Positions 1-10,886 are shown, counted from the first letter of the stretch. The stretch is DNA of 63,569 nt from Candidatus Micrarchaeia archaeon (GCA_038874215.1 JAVZCV010000001.1:98427-161995); one strand, 5' to 3'. The notes: generated from the letters alone by a model not told the origin. Program-made: numbers and translations.

Positions 1-1
1 A

Positions 2-142
2 AAGATTAAGAAAAACAAGTTGAGTTTGAAGTTGAAGAGGCCGATATGCGTTGAGCCGAATTCACGTGTTGCGGTTTGCAGGCGCGTTGGGCAGAGATGG
101 AGGATAGCGGCATACGGCACTGTTGTTGAGGGGGTGGAGTGA
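2..142 (+). CDS. translation initiation factor aIF-2 gamma, C-terminal fragment (5' end outside window)
   Basis: Frame open from the window edge to TGA at 140-142, forming a TGATG overlap with the next gene. The peptide ...LKLKRPICVEPNSRVAVCRRVGQRWRIAAYG... resembles the conserved aIF2-gamma C-terminus (..RVAISR.IG.RWRLIGYG). Confidence 0.45.
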   Translation, partial: KIKKNKLSLKLKRPICVEPNSRVAVCRRVGQRWRIAAYGTVVEGVE

Positions 143-921
143 TGAAGCCGGGTAAAGTTGAGAAGTATATCATTGAAAGAATTGGGGAGAATGGAGCTCT
201 TTTATTTATACTCATAGACCCGTGCGATTACAGGGGGGAGAAGGAAGCCGTGAATACTGCTAAAAACGCATATGAAGGTGGAGCCGACGTGATACTCGTT
301 GGTGGAAGCATTGGGGCACAGGGTGAGCTGCTTGACAATGTAGTAAAAGGTATAAAGGACTGTGTTTCGGTTCCTGTTGTCCTCTTCCCAGGTAATATCG
401 GAACGGTATCAAAGTATGCTGATGCTGTTTATTTCATGTCCCTGCTCAACTCTCGGAATGCTTACTGGATAACTGGTGCGCAGGCTCTCGCCGCACATGC
501 TGTAAAGAAACTTGGAATTGAACCTCTGCCGGTGGGCTATGTGCTCATCCATCCCGGCGGAACTGCGGGATGGGTTGGTGATGTTAACCTTGTGCCGAGA
601 GATAAGCCCGATATAGCAGCCTCTCTTGCGCTCGCCGCAGACTGCTGTGGGTTCAGGTTTCTTGTGACGGACTGTGGTTCTGCGCCAGCAACAGGCCCTA
701 TGTCCGTTGAGATGGTGAGGGCTGTTAGAGAAGCAACGTCTGCAGTTTATATAGTTGGAGGTGGAATAAGAACTCCTAAACAGGCTCGGGAGATAACGAA
801 CGCCGGCGCTGATGCGATTCAGGTTGGTACTGCGGTTGAAAAAGTCAGCGATGTTGTTGGTGTTGTTAAAGCACTCTCAAAGGCTGTGAGGGAAGGGGCA
901 CGCTCTCGAAAGATTAAATAG
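142..921 (+). CDS. geranylgeranylglyceryl phosphate synthase (PcrB/GGGPS family)
   Basis: 260-aa ORF with motifs GGADVILVGGS and IVGGGIR typical of the PcrB/GGGPS TIM barrel. A GTG at 139 is an alternative start. Confidence 0.8.
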   Translation: MKPGKVEKYIIERIGENGALLFILIDPCDYRGEKEAVNTAKNAYEGGADVILVGGSIGAQGELLDNVVKGIKDCVSVPVVLFPGNIGTVSKYADAVYFMSLLNSRNAYWITGAQALAAHAVKKLGIEPLPVGYVLIHPGGTAGWVGDVNLVPRDKPDIAASLALAADCCGFRFLVTDCGSAPATGPMSVEMVRAVREATSAVYIVGGGIRTPKQAREITNAGADAIQVGTAVEKVSDVVGVVKALSKAVREGARSRKIK

Positions 922-943
922 TGGATTATTGAGAGGTGGTTGT

Positions 944-1963
944 GTGGAGAGTATAATAAGGGATGCGCTTTCGGGTGTTGGTGCTGAGACAATAAGCAAT
1001 GAAGATATAAGGATATGCGTTGTTGGCGCTGGTGGAGCGGGCTGCAACACGATAAACAGGCTTGCAAAAGTAGGTATAAGGGGTGCAGACTTGATAGCGC
1101 TCAACACCGATGCTAAACATCTTAATATAGTTTCTCCTGCTGCAAAGCGACTGCTGATAGGAAAGGCTATAACGAAAGGGCTTGGGGCTGGCGGCTTTCC
1201 AGACATAGGGAGAAAGTCTGCCGAGGCATCAAAAGAGGAGATAGCAAGGCTGCTGAAAGATGCTAGGCTTGTTTTCATATCTTTTGGGTTGGGAGGAGGG
1301 ACCGGGACGGGCTCTGCTCCTGTCGTTGCGGAGATTGCAAAAAATGAGGGAGCGATCGTCGTCGCAGTTGCTACATACCCGTTCCGCCTTGAAAGGGCTA
1401 GGTTGAAGAAAGCAGATGACGGGATAAGGGAGATTACGAAGGCAGCGGACACGCTCGTGTTAATAGACAACAACAAGCTTGCGGAGTATGCACCAAACCT
1501 TCCGATGGAGCAAGCATTCATGCTTGCGGATGAGATAACTGCACGTGCAGTGCGCGGCATAGTTGAAACGATAAAAACGCCGAGCCTCATAAACCTTGAT
1601 TTTGCGGATGTGTCTGCAATAATGCGCGGCGGCGGGATTTCAATGATAGCTGTCGGCGAGGGAAAGGGAACAGAGAGAGTCAAGAAAACGGCCCAAAGTA
1701 CGCTGAACAATGTCCTGCTTGACGTAGACTACAGGGGTGCAAAAGGTGTCCTTCTACACCTTACTGGCGGTCCAGACATGACGCTCGGAGAGGCAAACGA
1801 GCTCGGGGAGCTGATAACAGAGGAGGTTGACCCGAACGCAAATGTAATATGGGGGGCGAGGCTTGACAACAGTTTTTCTGGCAGGATAGAAGCGATAGCT
1901 ATATTCACGAACGTGAGCATAGCGCACACGGGCGAAGAATGCGAGCGGGCAGAATATATGTAA
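944..1963 (+). CDS. ftsZ: cell division protein FtsZ
   Basis: GAGGAGCNTINRL and the tubulin signature GLGGGTGTGSAPVVAEIAK. The GTG at 944 is preceded by GAGGTGG; the track start is the TTG at 929. Confidence 0.93.
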   Translation: MESIIRDALSGVGAETISNEDIRICVVGAGGAGCNTINRLAKVGIRGADLIALNTDAKHLNIVSPAAKRLLIGKAITKGLGAGGFPDIGRKSAEASKEEIARLLKDARLVFISFGLGGGTGTGSAPVVAEIAKNEGAIVVAVATYPFRLERARLKKADDGIREITKAADTLVLIDNNKLAEYAPNLPMEQAFMLADEITARAVRGIVETIKTPSLINLDFADVSAIMRGGGISMIAVGEGKGTERVKKTAQSTLNNVLLDVDYRGAKGVLLHLTGGPDMTLGEANELGELITEEVDPNANVIWGARLDNSFSGRIEAIAIFTNVSIAHTGEECERAEYM

Positions 1964-3559
1964 TCAGATCCAGAGCCACGGCAGGAAATTGGCAAGGAAA
2001 GAGAGAACCACTGCAAGCACTATTATGTTCATTATTCTCCTGTCTATATTCAGCTCAAGTATTCTGAACCCGTCAAATGCGGGTATGGGGAGCAAATTTA
2101 CAGAGCCTATAAGGAAATTCAGAACGAATGATAGCGCGAGGAAAGAGTAGAAGAAGGAGATCCATTCAAACCCATCTTTGTATGCAGGAGGAATGACGTG
2201 CATTCTCCCGAAAACCCTAAAAACTATGTTGCTTCCGATTTTGTTTGAAACCAATATTCCTATCTTACCGTTCTCATCGGCTACTCTTACGATGCTTCCT
2301 TTTTCAGTCGTTATGTTGACCAATGTTCCTGGGTTAAAACCAACTGCATTCTTGTAATCCTCAGACTCATGTATTGGATAACCGTTTATACTTATTATAG
2401 CTGTTCTCTCAATCGTTTTGTTATCAACCTCTGCAAGGAAAACACGCCTATCCTCATACGGTTCTGTGATTAAGAGCAGGGAGAAGAGGAGGAACATTGA
2501 AATTAGAGAAACAAGCAGGTTGGCTGCCGAGCCAGCCACAAGGACGCGGGTCTGCTTAACTTTATCTTTCTTTTGGAGTTCTTTTTCATCAGGATCAACA
2601 AAAGCGCCGAAGGGCAAAATGCCGAAGAAAACAAGCCCTGTGGATGTAACAGGAATTCGCATGACTCTTGAAAGCACTCCATGTGAGAACTCGTGCACGA
2701 AAAGAAGAACGGCTATGGCCGCTATTCCCGATATGAAATCTATGTTTATCCCAGGCAGGAGAAGCGATGCGCCAGGCGTTGCTTTGCTCATCGGCTCTTT
2801 GATGCCGAAGAATAAAGCTGCAATTAGGGTTAGCAGTATATATAGTCCTTGCATTATCAATCCTGCAACGGTTGCGGTGCTTAGCCCGCCTATGAGAAGT
2901 ATTGCAAGCATTCCATACCAAACATAGTCGGACGAACTGCCATACTGCGCAGTAGCGCTTCTGAAGGTGATGGGGAGATTTATCACGGAGAAGGTTATCG
3001 GTAGTATTGTTGGCATCACGAAAAGGATAAAGAAAACAAGCAGAATGAGGGAAGCGAGATATACGCGCCAACCCATCTTTCTATTCATGAAAATGGATGG
3101 TAGACCGAAGCCGAGAACAAGCCCGATGTCGGCAAAAGTCTTCCATAAATTCTTATGCGCTGAAGCAACCTCGTCAAGAAGGGCAATTCCCGCCTTGCCT
3201 CTCAATATGAGCAGGCCGTACTGGTTCTCAATTTTACAAAATGAAGAAACCGCTTTTGTTGTAGCGTAGAGAAGGAAAACGCAGGAGACCAGTTTTGGTA
3301 GCGCTTCTAAATCTGATTTTACGATTATATAAAATCCCACTATTGAGAAAACAATAACGAATGTAAGAACTGTCTGTAATTTAAGGTGTTGCTTAAGGAT
3401 GTTGGAGGAGATTACGATAAGGGCGAGAACGAGCGCGGGAGATAACAAGGCGGGACCGTATTTCAGCAGATAAATTGAGATGACCGATAGCACAAGCCAT
3501 GAGAGCCCAGCTACAAGGAACGCTATCTCTGCTTTTTCAAGTAGTTTGCTCAATTTCAC
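1964..3559 (-). CDS. site-2 protease family (M50) membrane metalloprotease with PDZ-like insert
   Basis: HEFSHG (HExxH) within a TM segment, C-terminal NLLPIPAFDG motif, many hydrophobic helices. Confidence 0.85.
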   Translation of the reverse strand: MKLSKLLEKAEIAFLVAGLSWLVLSVISIYLLKYGPALLSPALVLALIVISSNILKQHLKLQTVLTFVIVFSIVGFYIIVKSDLEALPKLVSCVFLLYATTKAVSSFCKIENQYGLLILRGKAGIALLDEVASAHKNLWKTFADIGLVLGFGLPSIFMNRKMGWRVYLASLILLVFFILFVMPTILPITFSVINLPITFRSATAQYGSSSDYVWYGMLAILLIGGLSTATVAGLIMQGLYILLTLIAALFFGIKEPMSKATPGASLLLPGINIDFISGIAAIAVLLFVHEFSHGVLSRVMRIPVTSTGLVFFGILPFGAFVDPDEKELQKKDKVKQTRVLVAGSAANLLVSLISMFLLFSLLLITEPYEDRRVFLAEVDNKTIERTAIISINGYPIHESEDYKNAVGFNPGTLVNITTEKGSIVRVADENGKIGILVSNKIGSNIVFRVFGRMHVIPPAYKDGFEWISFFYSFLALSFVLNFLIGSVNLLPIPAFDGFRILELNIDRRIMNIIVLAVVLSFLANFLPWLWI

Positions 3560-3618
3560 ATGCGTATTAATGCGGGTAATATATTATAATTTACCGTGTT
3601 ATTTGATTAGGGATTTGA

Positions 3619-4083
3619 ATGCCCGAATGCGAAATGTGCGGTTCTGAAAATGCGAGATGCGTGGTGAAAATCGAAGGAGCGAAGCTTCTTGTTTGCGAGA
3701 AGTGTGCGAGGCATGGTGAGGTTATAGCGGTTGAGAGGAAAGAAAGGCAGATTCAGAAGAAGGTTGAGAAAAAGAAGGAGGAGCGCGAGATTGTAGTCGT
3801 CCCCAATTTTGGGGATATGATAAGGAGAGCACGTGAAAAGATGAAAATTCCGCGTTCTGTTCTCGCAGAAATGCTGAACGAAAAGGAATCTTACATAGAG
3901 AGGATTGAGGCGGAGAAAACGATACCGAGCGAGGCGCTTGCGAGAAAGATGGAAAAGGTGTTGGGGATTAAACTGCTTGAAGAGGTTTTAGTGGACAGAA
4001 AGGGGGCTTCGGAAGGAAAAAAAGAGGACCTAACTCTCGGGGACATAGTAGTTTTGAAGAAGAAGGGTGGAGGTGAAGGGTGA
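3619..4083 (+). CDS. archaeal MBF1-type transcriptional regulator (Zn-ribbon + HTH)
   Basis: N-terminal CxxC...CxxC zinc ribbon (CEMCGS..CEKCARHG) and a C-terminal XRE-like HTH (IRRAREKMKIPRSVLAEMLNEKESYIERIE). Confidence 0.8.
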   Translation: MPECEMCGSENARCVVKIEGAKLLVCEKCARHGEVIAVERKERQIQKKVEKKKEEREIVVVPNFGDMIRRAREKMKIPRSVLAEMLNEKESYIERIEAEKTIPSEALARKMEKVLGIKLLEEVLVDRKGASEGKKEDLTLGDIVVLKKKGGGEG

Positions 4084-5094
4084 GTGGGGGTTGATTTGGG
4101 TTTAATAGTCGCAAAGGAAGAAATAGATGTGGCACACCTGAGTGGAAGAAAGCTCGCAGTAGATGCATACAACGCACTCTATCAATTCTTGTCTATAATA
4201 AGGCAGAGGGATGGCACTCCCCTTCTTGATGCAAAAGGCAGGATAACAAGCCATCTTTCTGGCCTTTTTTACAGAACGGCGAATCTGCTTGAGTATGGAA
4301 TAAAGCCCGTTTATGTTTTTGACGGAGTTCCGCCAGAGGAGAAAAAAAGAACCATAGAGGAGAGAATAGCGATTAGAGAGGAGGCAAAAGAAAAGTGGGT
4401 TGAGGCTCTTGCGATGGGTGATGCAGAGGCGGTAAGAAGGTATTCGCAGGCTTCCTCGCATCTCACTTCGGACATGGTTGAGGAAGCAAAAAAACTCTTA
4501 TCTCTAATGGGGCTACCCGTAGTGAATGCGCCGAGTGAAGGCGAAGCGCAGGCTGCCCACATGGCGAAGAAGGGGGATGTGTGGGCATGCTCATCGCAGG
4601 ATTACGATTCGCTTCTTTTCGGCGCTCCGCTTTTAGTCAGGAACCTCACTATAACGGGCAGGAGAAAATTGCCGAGGAAGGATGTTTATGTTCAGATAGT
4701 CCCAGAGCTCATTTATCTTGATAAAACGCTTGAACAAAATGGGCTGACGCACGAAAAACTCATATGGCTCGGCGTTCTTATAGGGACGGATTTCAATGAG
4801 GGAGTAAGAGGGGTGGGGCCGAAGAAAGCGTTAAAGCTTGTTTCCTCCCATGGCTCGTTTGACGAGATAGCAAGCGAGCTCGTTCTTGATGAAACGTTTT
4901 CCCAAGCGCTTCGCATATTCAAAAACCCGAATGTCAGCGATGATTACAGCGTATATTTCAAAGAGCCCGATTCCGAAGGCATAATCTCGTTTCTATGCGA
5001 TGAGCATGATTTCTCAAGAGAAAGAGTTGAGAAGGTCCTTGATAAGATTGGGCAGAGAGTGGGGACGCAGTCAAAGCTGGACGAATGGTTCTGA
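4084..5094 (+). CDS. fen: flap endonuclease 1
   Basis: GTG start directly after the upstream stop. Motifs MGVDLG, AYNALYQFLS, PVYVFDG, APSEGEAQAA, GTDFN. Confidence 0.95.
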   Translation: MGVDLGLIVAKEEIDVAHLSGRKLAVDAYNALYQFLSIIRQRDGTPLLDAKGRITSHLSGLFYRTANLLEYGIKPVYVFDGVPPEEKKRTIEERIAIREEAKEKWVEALAMGDAEAVRRYSQASSHLTSDMVEEAKKLLSLMGLPVVNAPSEGEAQAAHMAKKGDVWACSSQDYDSLLFGAPLLVRNLTITGRRKLPRKDVYVQIVPELIYLDKTLEQNGLTHEKLIWLGVLIGTDFNEGVRGVGPKKALKLVSSHGSFDEIASELVLDETFSQALRIFKNPNVSDDYSVYFKEPDSEGIISFLCDEHDFSRERVEKVLDKIGQRVGTQSKLDEWF

Positions 5095-5096
5095 TT

Positions 5097-5495
5097 TTAT
5101 ACGTATTTCCTCACGAAGGGACCTATTACAGGTAGATCAAACATTTTAGCATTCAGCGCGCAGTATGCCATCACTATTCTCGCTATGGCTCCAAAGAAAA
5201 AGGTAAGGTACATCAGGAAGGTGATGAGAAATGCACAGATGATCGTTATCATCGTGATGATGTATAGGATAAATAAAAACATCCATAAAATGGAGAGTGC
5301 AATGTCAAAAAATGCGCTCTGCAAAGCATGGAAGCGAACATACCTGTCATCCTTCTTCAAGAGGTAGACTAGTACGGGACCGAGCAAAGGAAAGAATATT
5401 GAAACTACGTAGGCGAGTGCAGCCATGACACCCGAATCCTTATCCTGCATTGTTATTTCGTCCATGCAATATACCATCATAGAAAGGGGTTTCAC
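5097..5495 (-). CDS. small multi-pass membrane protein (DUF4870-like)
   Basis: 132 aa with 3-4 hydrophobic helices and LLKKDDRYVRFHALQS, a motif typical of that family as recalled. Abuts the stop of the upstream gene. Confidence 0.6.
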   Translation of the reverse strand: MKPLSMMVYCMDEITMQDKDSGVMAALAYVVSIFFPLLGPVLVYLLKKDDRYVRFHALQSAFFDIALSILWMFLFILYIITMITIICAFLITFLMYLTFFFGAIARIVMAYCALNAKMFDLPVIGPFVRKYV

Positions 5496-6707
5496 TCAGT
5501 AATAAACCTTTGCCTTGCCCTCAACTATTTTATATGTCAGCTCAGGGAGCTTATCCAGCTCATCAGCAACAACATCGCTAATCCTGCTCTCAAAGTCGCT
5601 CATTGGTCTTTCTGAAAGCACCTGCACGCTGACAGATTTTGGCTCGTTTATGGGCTTTCCTATCTGGGAAAGAAGGGATACGTTGCACTCCTCAACACCG
5701 CGAATCTCTGCGATGCGCTCTGCAATTGCGAAGGCAAGGATGCTGTAAAGCTTACCGACATGGTTCACGGGATTCTTGCCGGCGGTTGCCTCAAGCGTCA
5801 TCGGCCTGCACGGGGTTATTAGACCGCTCGCCCTGTTTCCCCTACCAACGCTCCCGTCATCCCCCATCTCTGCGCTTAAGCCCGTTAGCGTTATATATAC
5901 CGAGTCGTTCTTGTAATCGTCGGCAGTGTTAACTGCAACGCTAACCTCCACATCAGGATATTTCTTGCAAACTGCCTCTATATCAGAGATGACTTTTTCT
6001 TTTGATTTTATGTAGTCATCAAGGTTGTTCAGAAATCTTGATACGAATGCTATCGCAACCGTAAGGGATATGCTCTCGCCTTCCCGCACAGCCATTACCT
6101 TTACATCCTCGCCCACCTCAGGCCTTTTTTTCTTGTACTCCGCCGAGTTTAGCATCTTCTCAACTTCTATAACCATTTTCTCTGTTGTGCTCAGCGGAGC
6201 AAAGCCAACCCCAAAGGAGGTATCGTTCGCAAGAGGTATTTCTGGACCACGGAGGAACAGCTCAACGAGGTCGTGGCTTCCCTGCGATATTCGTGAGTCT
6301 ATTATAACATCGCCCTCAACATCAAGGAACCTGCACACTTTCCGCAGGTATTCATGCGTTGATTTTATCGCTATTTCTTCAGCAGGGACCCATTTGCCAG
6401 CTGCGGATGAAGTCGCCCTTCCGCTCAGGAGAATGTATATTGGCTTGATGAATTCGCCACCGCCATATTTAACAGATGTCGCTCCGCCGCATATCTGCCC
6501 TTTATCAACGTTGTGGTGTAGGATTTTCCCGAACACGTTTAGGTACTCCTTGCACAATTCCCTGCTTATGTTCTCAACTATACCGTCTATCAGCGTATCT
6601 GGGTGCCCTATCCCCTTTCTCTCAACTATTTCGGTTTTTTTTCTGCTTATGGCGTTTGCAAGTGGCTCTATGTTTATTCTTTTTGCTTTCAACAAAACAC
6701 CCCGCAT
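5496..6707 (-). CDS. mat: S-adenosylmethionine synthetase, archaeal type
   Basis: 403 aa with [14 protein letters not shown] near the N-terminus; length and overall pattern fit archaeal MAT. Confidence 0.9.
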   Translation of the reverse strand: MRGVLLKAKRINIEPLANAISRKKTEIVERKGIGHPDTLIDGIVENISRELCKEYLNVFGKILHHNVDKGQICGGATSVKYGGGEFIKPIYILLSGRATSSAAGKWVPAEEIAIKSTHEYLRKVCRFLDVEGDVIIDSRISQGSHDLVELFLRGPEIPLANDTSFGVGFAPLSTTEKMVIEVEKMLNSAEYKKKRPEVGEDVKVMAVREGESISLTVAIAFVSRFLNNLDDYIKSKEKVISDIEAVCKKYPDVEVSVAVNTADDYKNDSVYITLTGLSAEMGDDGSVGRGNRASGLITPCRPMTLEATAGKNPVNHVGKLYSILAFAIAERIAEIRGVEECNVSLLSQIGKPINEPKSVSVQVLSERPMSDFESRISDVVADELDKLPELTYKIVEGKAKVYY

Positions 6708-6710
6708 TAG

Positions 6711-8006
6711 CTATCGTATAATCGCACCAATGCCTTTAAACTTTAACTTTATTTTGTTTTCTACCTCCTTCACTCTTTCAGGAAAAATGGAGAAGCGGAG
6801 CGTAACGCTCTTCTTTCCCTTAATTTCGTACTTATCAACAATATTCACATCAAGTATATCTTCGTCAATTCCCATCGCGAATTCTTTGAGAGTCTCATCA
6901 TCGTAGTCTTCAAAAACAAAGGAAAGATCTCTGCTCGCCGCTTCCACGCTTTTTATTTTCCAATCCCTCGTCTCTTGTTCATTCAGCACGCGTACGTATG
7001 GGAGATTAAGCTCAAATATTCTTTTACCGCAACGCATGCGAACGCGGTCTATTCCGACATCTTCTAGGATACCGAAATGCACAATCCCAGAGTTCAGGTT
7101 TTTCAAAGCAATTTTTCTGCCTATCATTGATTTGAGCCATGCGCGTTCGTGTTGCATCGCAGATATTACTTTGTCAGAACTCCACAGTTTATTCTCTATG
7201 TTGCCTATTCCTTTCGCACTCTTCGCAAAGAAAGACAAGAATTCCTCCTCGTTTTTGTCTTCTGATATCCTCGCAAGTTTTTCTGCATTCTCAAGGAAAA
7301 GCTTCCTTATCTCGCTTGCGTATGGGTTTGTAGTTTGTATCTGCGAATAAACATGGGGATTCTGGCCGAGGACACGCGCAACCATATCCATAGTTATCTC
7401 AAAAACAGGGGATGAAAAATAGGGAAGTTTCTTTGTGTCAATGCCTGCTTCGCCTATCGTTGCCCCCGCAGAGATGTAGATGTAGTGGGTTAGGACCTGG
7501 ACAACGGAGAGAAGCTTGTCATGCTCTTCTGCACTCGTCTCATATATTTTTGCTCCCTCCTCATCAAAAAATTGCGTTATTTCGTTGTATTTTGGCCCTT
7601 TTCGCACTGGAACAAAAACGACACACAAGCCAGCAAGCGATTCAACACGTGGGCCGTGCATGGGGTGGCAACCAGCAACCTCTCCTTCAAATTCAGACAT
7701 GGTCTTTATGACGGGCACCTTTACGCTCGTGAAGTCCATGAGGAGCGCATCGCGCTTCATTAGAGGAATTGCTTTTTTCACTGTTTCAACAGCCGCGCTT
7801 ATCGGAACAGACACAATAACAATGTCTGCGTTGCTTATCTCACTAAAATCGCATGCATCAACTCCTATCTTTTCTGCTGCTATTCTTGCTTTATCCACGT
7901 CTCTACTGATTATACCCACGTCAAATTTTCTTTTCATGAGGCGAGCGTAGAGCGCGCCGAACTCGCCCGTTCCGCCAATTATTAGAAGCCTGCTCTTCCC
8001 GCTCAT
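6711..8006 (-). CDS. tyrA: prephenate dehydrogenase
   Basis: Rossmann motif LLIIGGTGEFG, catalytic region GCHPMHGP, and the long C-terminal regulatory-type extension seen in archaeal TyrA. Confidence 0.85.
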   Translation of the reverse strand: MSGKSRLLIIGGTGEFGALYARLMKRKFDVGIISRDVDKARIAAEKIGVDACDFSEISNADIVIVSVPISAAVETVKKAIPLMKRDALLMDFTSVKVPVIKTMSEFEGEVAGCHPMHGPRVESLAGLCVVFVPVRKGPKYNEITQFFDEEGAKIYETSAEEHDKLLSVVQVLTHYIYISAGATIGEAGIDTKKLPYFSSPVFEITMDMVARVLGQNPHVYSQIQTTNPYASEIRKLFLENAEKLARISEDKNEEEFLSFFAKSAKGIGNIENKLWSSDKVISAMQHERAWLKSMIGRKIALKNLNSGIVHFGILEDVGIDRVRMRCGKRIFELNLPYVRVLNEQETRDWKIKSVEAASRDLSFVFEDYDDETLKEFAMGIDEDILDVNIVDKYEIKGKKSVTLRFSIFPERVKEVENKIKLKFKGIGAIIR

Positions 8007-8695
8007 GCAACCACGATGGAAAACTCGCTGAATTTAGCGCCTATTGCGCCACCCACCGCACCGAGAATTGGAAAGATGAATGTGGCGGCGACAAACCGTA
8101 TTATTGTTAGGAATATGTCGGGGGTTATATCTAGCCCGAGTATCTGAAGCAGGAGTTTCGCGTTATCAGGGCTCATGTACTTAACCATAGGTGCGAGGAA
8201 AGCACCGTATGCCGCAGGGCCGAAGAATGCGCTTATCACGAAGGAGACGAGCGTTGAAACAAAGGCGGCGAAAAGACCGCAAATAGCACCAACCCTTATT
8301 CCATCAGAAACGCGCAGGGCTCCGCCAGCCTCGTGCTTTAAGAAATAAGCTGACAAAAACCCGCCAATGAACCATGTTATGATGCTCAGGTTGAGAAGGG
8401 GTATGCCCATTAGGATGCCCATCGCTATCCCGCCTGCTATCGCTGGCGTTATCATAGTTCTCATGTCTATCGTTCTCGCAAAACCCGCCTTGAGGATTGT
8501 TGCCTTAGGGACGCTAACCTTTGCGATCCCTTTTTTAGCAGGGGTTATTATCTCGGGTGGTTCGGCGCCATGCTCAACGCAATGCACGCAAACAAGCCTA
8601 TTCCCTGCCTCGCGAGCACAGTCTGCACAAACCGCTTTAAAACAAAACCCGCATATTCCGACTGCTTCCCTGTCCCTGTGGTAAAAGCAAATCAT
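8003..8695 (-). CDS. membrane protein with N-terminal B-box/zinc-ribbon
   Basis: N-terminus CFYH..CGFCFKAVCADC..CVHC followed by 4-5 TM helices. ATGA overlap with tyrA. Confidence 0.6.
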   Translation of the reverse strand: MICFYHRDREAVGICGFCFKAVCADCAREAGNRLVCVHCVEHGAEPPEIITPAKKGIAKVSVPKATILKAGFARTIDMRTMITPAIAGGIAMGILMGIPLLNLSIITWFIGGFLSAYFLKHEAGGALRVSDGIRVGAICGLFAAFVSTLVSFVISAFFGPAAYGAFLAPMVKYMSPDNAKLLLQILGLDITPDIFLTIIRFVAATFIFPILGAVGGAIGAKFSEFSIVVA

Positions 8696-8725
8696 TTTAG
8701 CACCGATGTTTTTATGGAGTTTATA

Positions 8726-10003
8726 TTAAATATTTCTGCCATTTGCTCGCTCAACTTTTACGGTGAATTCAAACCTTGAGAAGACGTGCGTGCCCAAAAC
8801 TACTGGTTCAAATTCAATCAATATCTTCTCGTATTGGCTTTTTCCTGCACGGATTTCCACTTTCTTTTCTTCCCCTACATTAAGATTGCCTAAACGGGCC
8901 TCATCCTCAAGCGTTAGGAGAACTATTCCCGCTATCATCTCCCCACATATATTTTTCACCAAGAGTGATATTCGCCCTTCATCATCGGCAACGTTGTCTA
9001 TAATCTGAACTTCAAAAATCGGTGCAAGTCGTATCGGCCTCGTTGCGCTTTCTCCTTTGCCGTCTATGCTGCCTTCCCCTCTCTTAAGCTTTTCGGAAAT
9101 TACAGTTTCTTTCATTTTTCTCCTTATCTTGTGCTTTGTGCTGTATATTGAGCTGTACAGCAAGTAAATAATGGCAAGTGATAGTATAGCCGCTATTAGG
9201 ATTGGTGTGGAGTTTAGGATTTCTTTTTCAATATCGGGCAGTGTGGGCTCATATCTTATAGGGACAGGAGCACGCGGCGTTGTTTCAAAGTAGGGGCTTA
9301 ATGCCGAGATTGCTGTTGGCTGTGTGAGCAAAGAATTAACATTTTCTCCACGAGATGGGAGCATAACTCGTTCACCAATAGCGCTTCTGAAAACAATCGC
9401 ACTTCCTGCTGGTAGTAGGCGGGCATAACTCACCATCCTGCCGAAATCGGAGTCATTCTCAAGCGCTCGGAGAGTTTCGTCCCCTGCATCAGTGATTGCA
9501 TCCGTATCTCTGACCTTTACAACACGTGCCCTAATATTTTCGGTTTCTTTTTTATCAAGCTTGAACGGCTCGCCAGAAAGAACGCTGCTGATTCCACTCG
9601 CGCAGTGATGAAGGAGGGTGGTTTTCACATCGCCGCCTTTTGTAAGAGCAACCCTTGCCTCATCATCGCATTTTAGAGCAGAAATCATGTTGTCTATTTC
9701 GCCATATGTTGTTTGTCCTCTGCTTGGCAGGGCTATCGCACGCCTTCCGTCATTATCGGAATAGATGAAAAAACCCGGTTTTGTTGCATTTTCCAACCCG
9801 CTTGGTATTCCCTTCTCCTTCAATATCAGAAATTCTCTGCCACTTACATTAGCCGTTTGTATCCCTTGATTAAAAATTCCTCGGATTTCTTCGCTGTCAA
9901 TCAGGAGATTCTCGTGCGTGTCCACATTCCATCTCTCAAGCCTGAATGCAGAGAATGCCATCAATAGTGCGAGGAAGACGAAAAGTGGTGAGCGCCATTT
10001 CAA
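8726..10003 (-). CDS. hypothetical single-pass membrane protein (third gene of the MoxR-VWA operon)
   Basis: Signal-peptide-like N-terminus (MKWRSPLFVFLALLMAFSA), a central TM (ILIAAILSLAIIYLLYSSIY), ATGA overlap with the upstream VWA gene. Confidence 0.65.
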   Translation of the reverse strand: MKWRSPLFVFLALLMAFSAFRLERWNVDTHENLLIDSEEIRGIFNQGIQTANVSGREFLILKEKGIPSGLENATKPGFFIYSDNDGRRAIALPSRGQTTYGEIDNMISALKCDDEARVALTKGGDVKTTLLHHCASGISSVLSGEPFKLDKKETENIRARVVKVRDTDAITDAGDETLRALENDSDFGRMVSYARLLPAGSAIVFRSAIGERVMLPSRGENVNSLLTQPTAISALSPYFETTPRAPVPIRYEPTLPDIEKEILNSTPILIAAILSLAIIYLLYSSIYSTKHKIRRKMKETVISEKLKRGEGSIDGKGESATRPIRLAPIFEVQIIDNVADDEGRISLLVKNICGEMIAGIVLLTLEDEARLGNLNVGEEKKVEIRAGKSQYEKILIEFEPVVLGTHVFSRFEFTVKVERANGRNI

Positions 10004-10878
10004 GCAACCACCTTCTTAACACCCCTGAATAGCGCAGTCGGTAGCTCGTGAATGCTCTTAACACGCTCTACAACAATTCGTTGTTTCTCAATCTCTTCGG
10101 TGAAAGTGAGTGCACTGAACATCCCCCAAACTCTGCTTGCGTATTTGGCTTCAAGCAGGAGTGGGAGGTAAAGAATTCGCACGCCCCATTTTGAGAATTT
10201 AACAAGAAGCTCCAACGAGCATTTTTGTATGCTGCAGTCTTCCATATAGTCGTTCATGCCCCCTTCCGGCAGTCCATCGGTAAGTATCACGATGATTCTC
10301 TTACCTCCTCGTATATGCCATCGCATTCTTTCTAGTTCATAAAGTGCTTTATCAAGCCTTGTTGCGCCAGAACCGTTGCGGATAACCAGCTCGCGGTACC
10401 CTTTGAGTTGTATAGCATCGTCGCTATATGAAAGAATGAGGGGATTTGCCCGCGGTCCGAAAATTTCGCAGAGAGAAACGCACGCTATTTTTGCGAATGT
10501 TTGTGGCGCTTCTTCCTCCGCTATCTGCTTATTTAGAAAATCGCTCCTCCACCATGCAGTCATGGAATTTGAATCGTCATAAAGCAGGGCGATTCGGACA
10601 ACCCTTTCTTTTTGCACCCTTTTTCTTCCGACTGCAAATTCGGGCATTCTGCCATGTGTGCAGAAATTGCTTATCGTTTTGTACATGTTTATGTGGGACG
10701 AACCATCATATGGAACGTCAGAAACACAGTATTCGTTGGGCGGCATGAAATTCAACGCGCTGCTTATATGCTTTCCTACCGCTCTGCACTGGAGGATGAA
10801 TTCTTCGTATATGAAAGGGTCGTACTTTTTTGTGAGAATAGCGCAGAGGTTTGCAGCACGCTTTTGTGCTTCTTGCAC
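10000..10878 (-). CDS. von Willebrand factor type A domain protein
   Basis: MIDAS-like ALLYDDSNSMT (DxSxS) and downstream VILTDGLPEGG. Confidence 0.8.
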   Translation of the reverse strand: MQEAQKRAANLCAILTKKYDPFIYEEFILQCRAVGKHISSALNFMPPNEYCVSDVPYDGSSHINMYKTISNFCTHGRMPEFAVGRKRVQKERVVRIALLYDDSNSMTAWWRSDFLNKQIAEEEAPQTFAKIACVSLCEIFGPRANPLILSYSDDAIQLKGYRELVIRNGSGATRLDKALYELERMRWHIRGGKRIIVILTDGLPEGGMNDYMEDCSIQKCSLELLVKFSKWGVRILYLPLLLEAKYASRVWGMFSALTFTEEIEKQRIVVERVKSIHELPTALFRGVKKVVA

Positions 10879-10886
10879 GAAAACAC

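Noticed and set aside
877-1710. 277-aa ORF antisense to ftsZ. Similar long antisense ORFs occur at 6025-6906 (opposite MAT), 57665-58633 and 57705-58274 (opposite purP), 60020-60991 (opposite guaA/taw3), 31373-32152 and 34034-34582 (opposite the pilin-like genes) and 36110-36721.
   Set aside because: Each lies fully opposite a gene with strong family motifs. The translations are low-complexity (S/P/A/L-rich) with no motifs, which is the typical shadow-ORF pattern.
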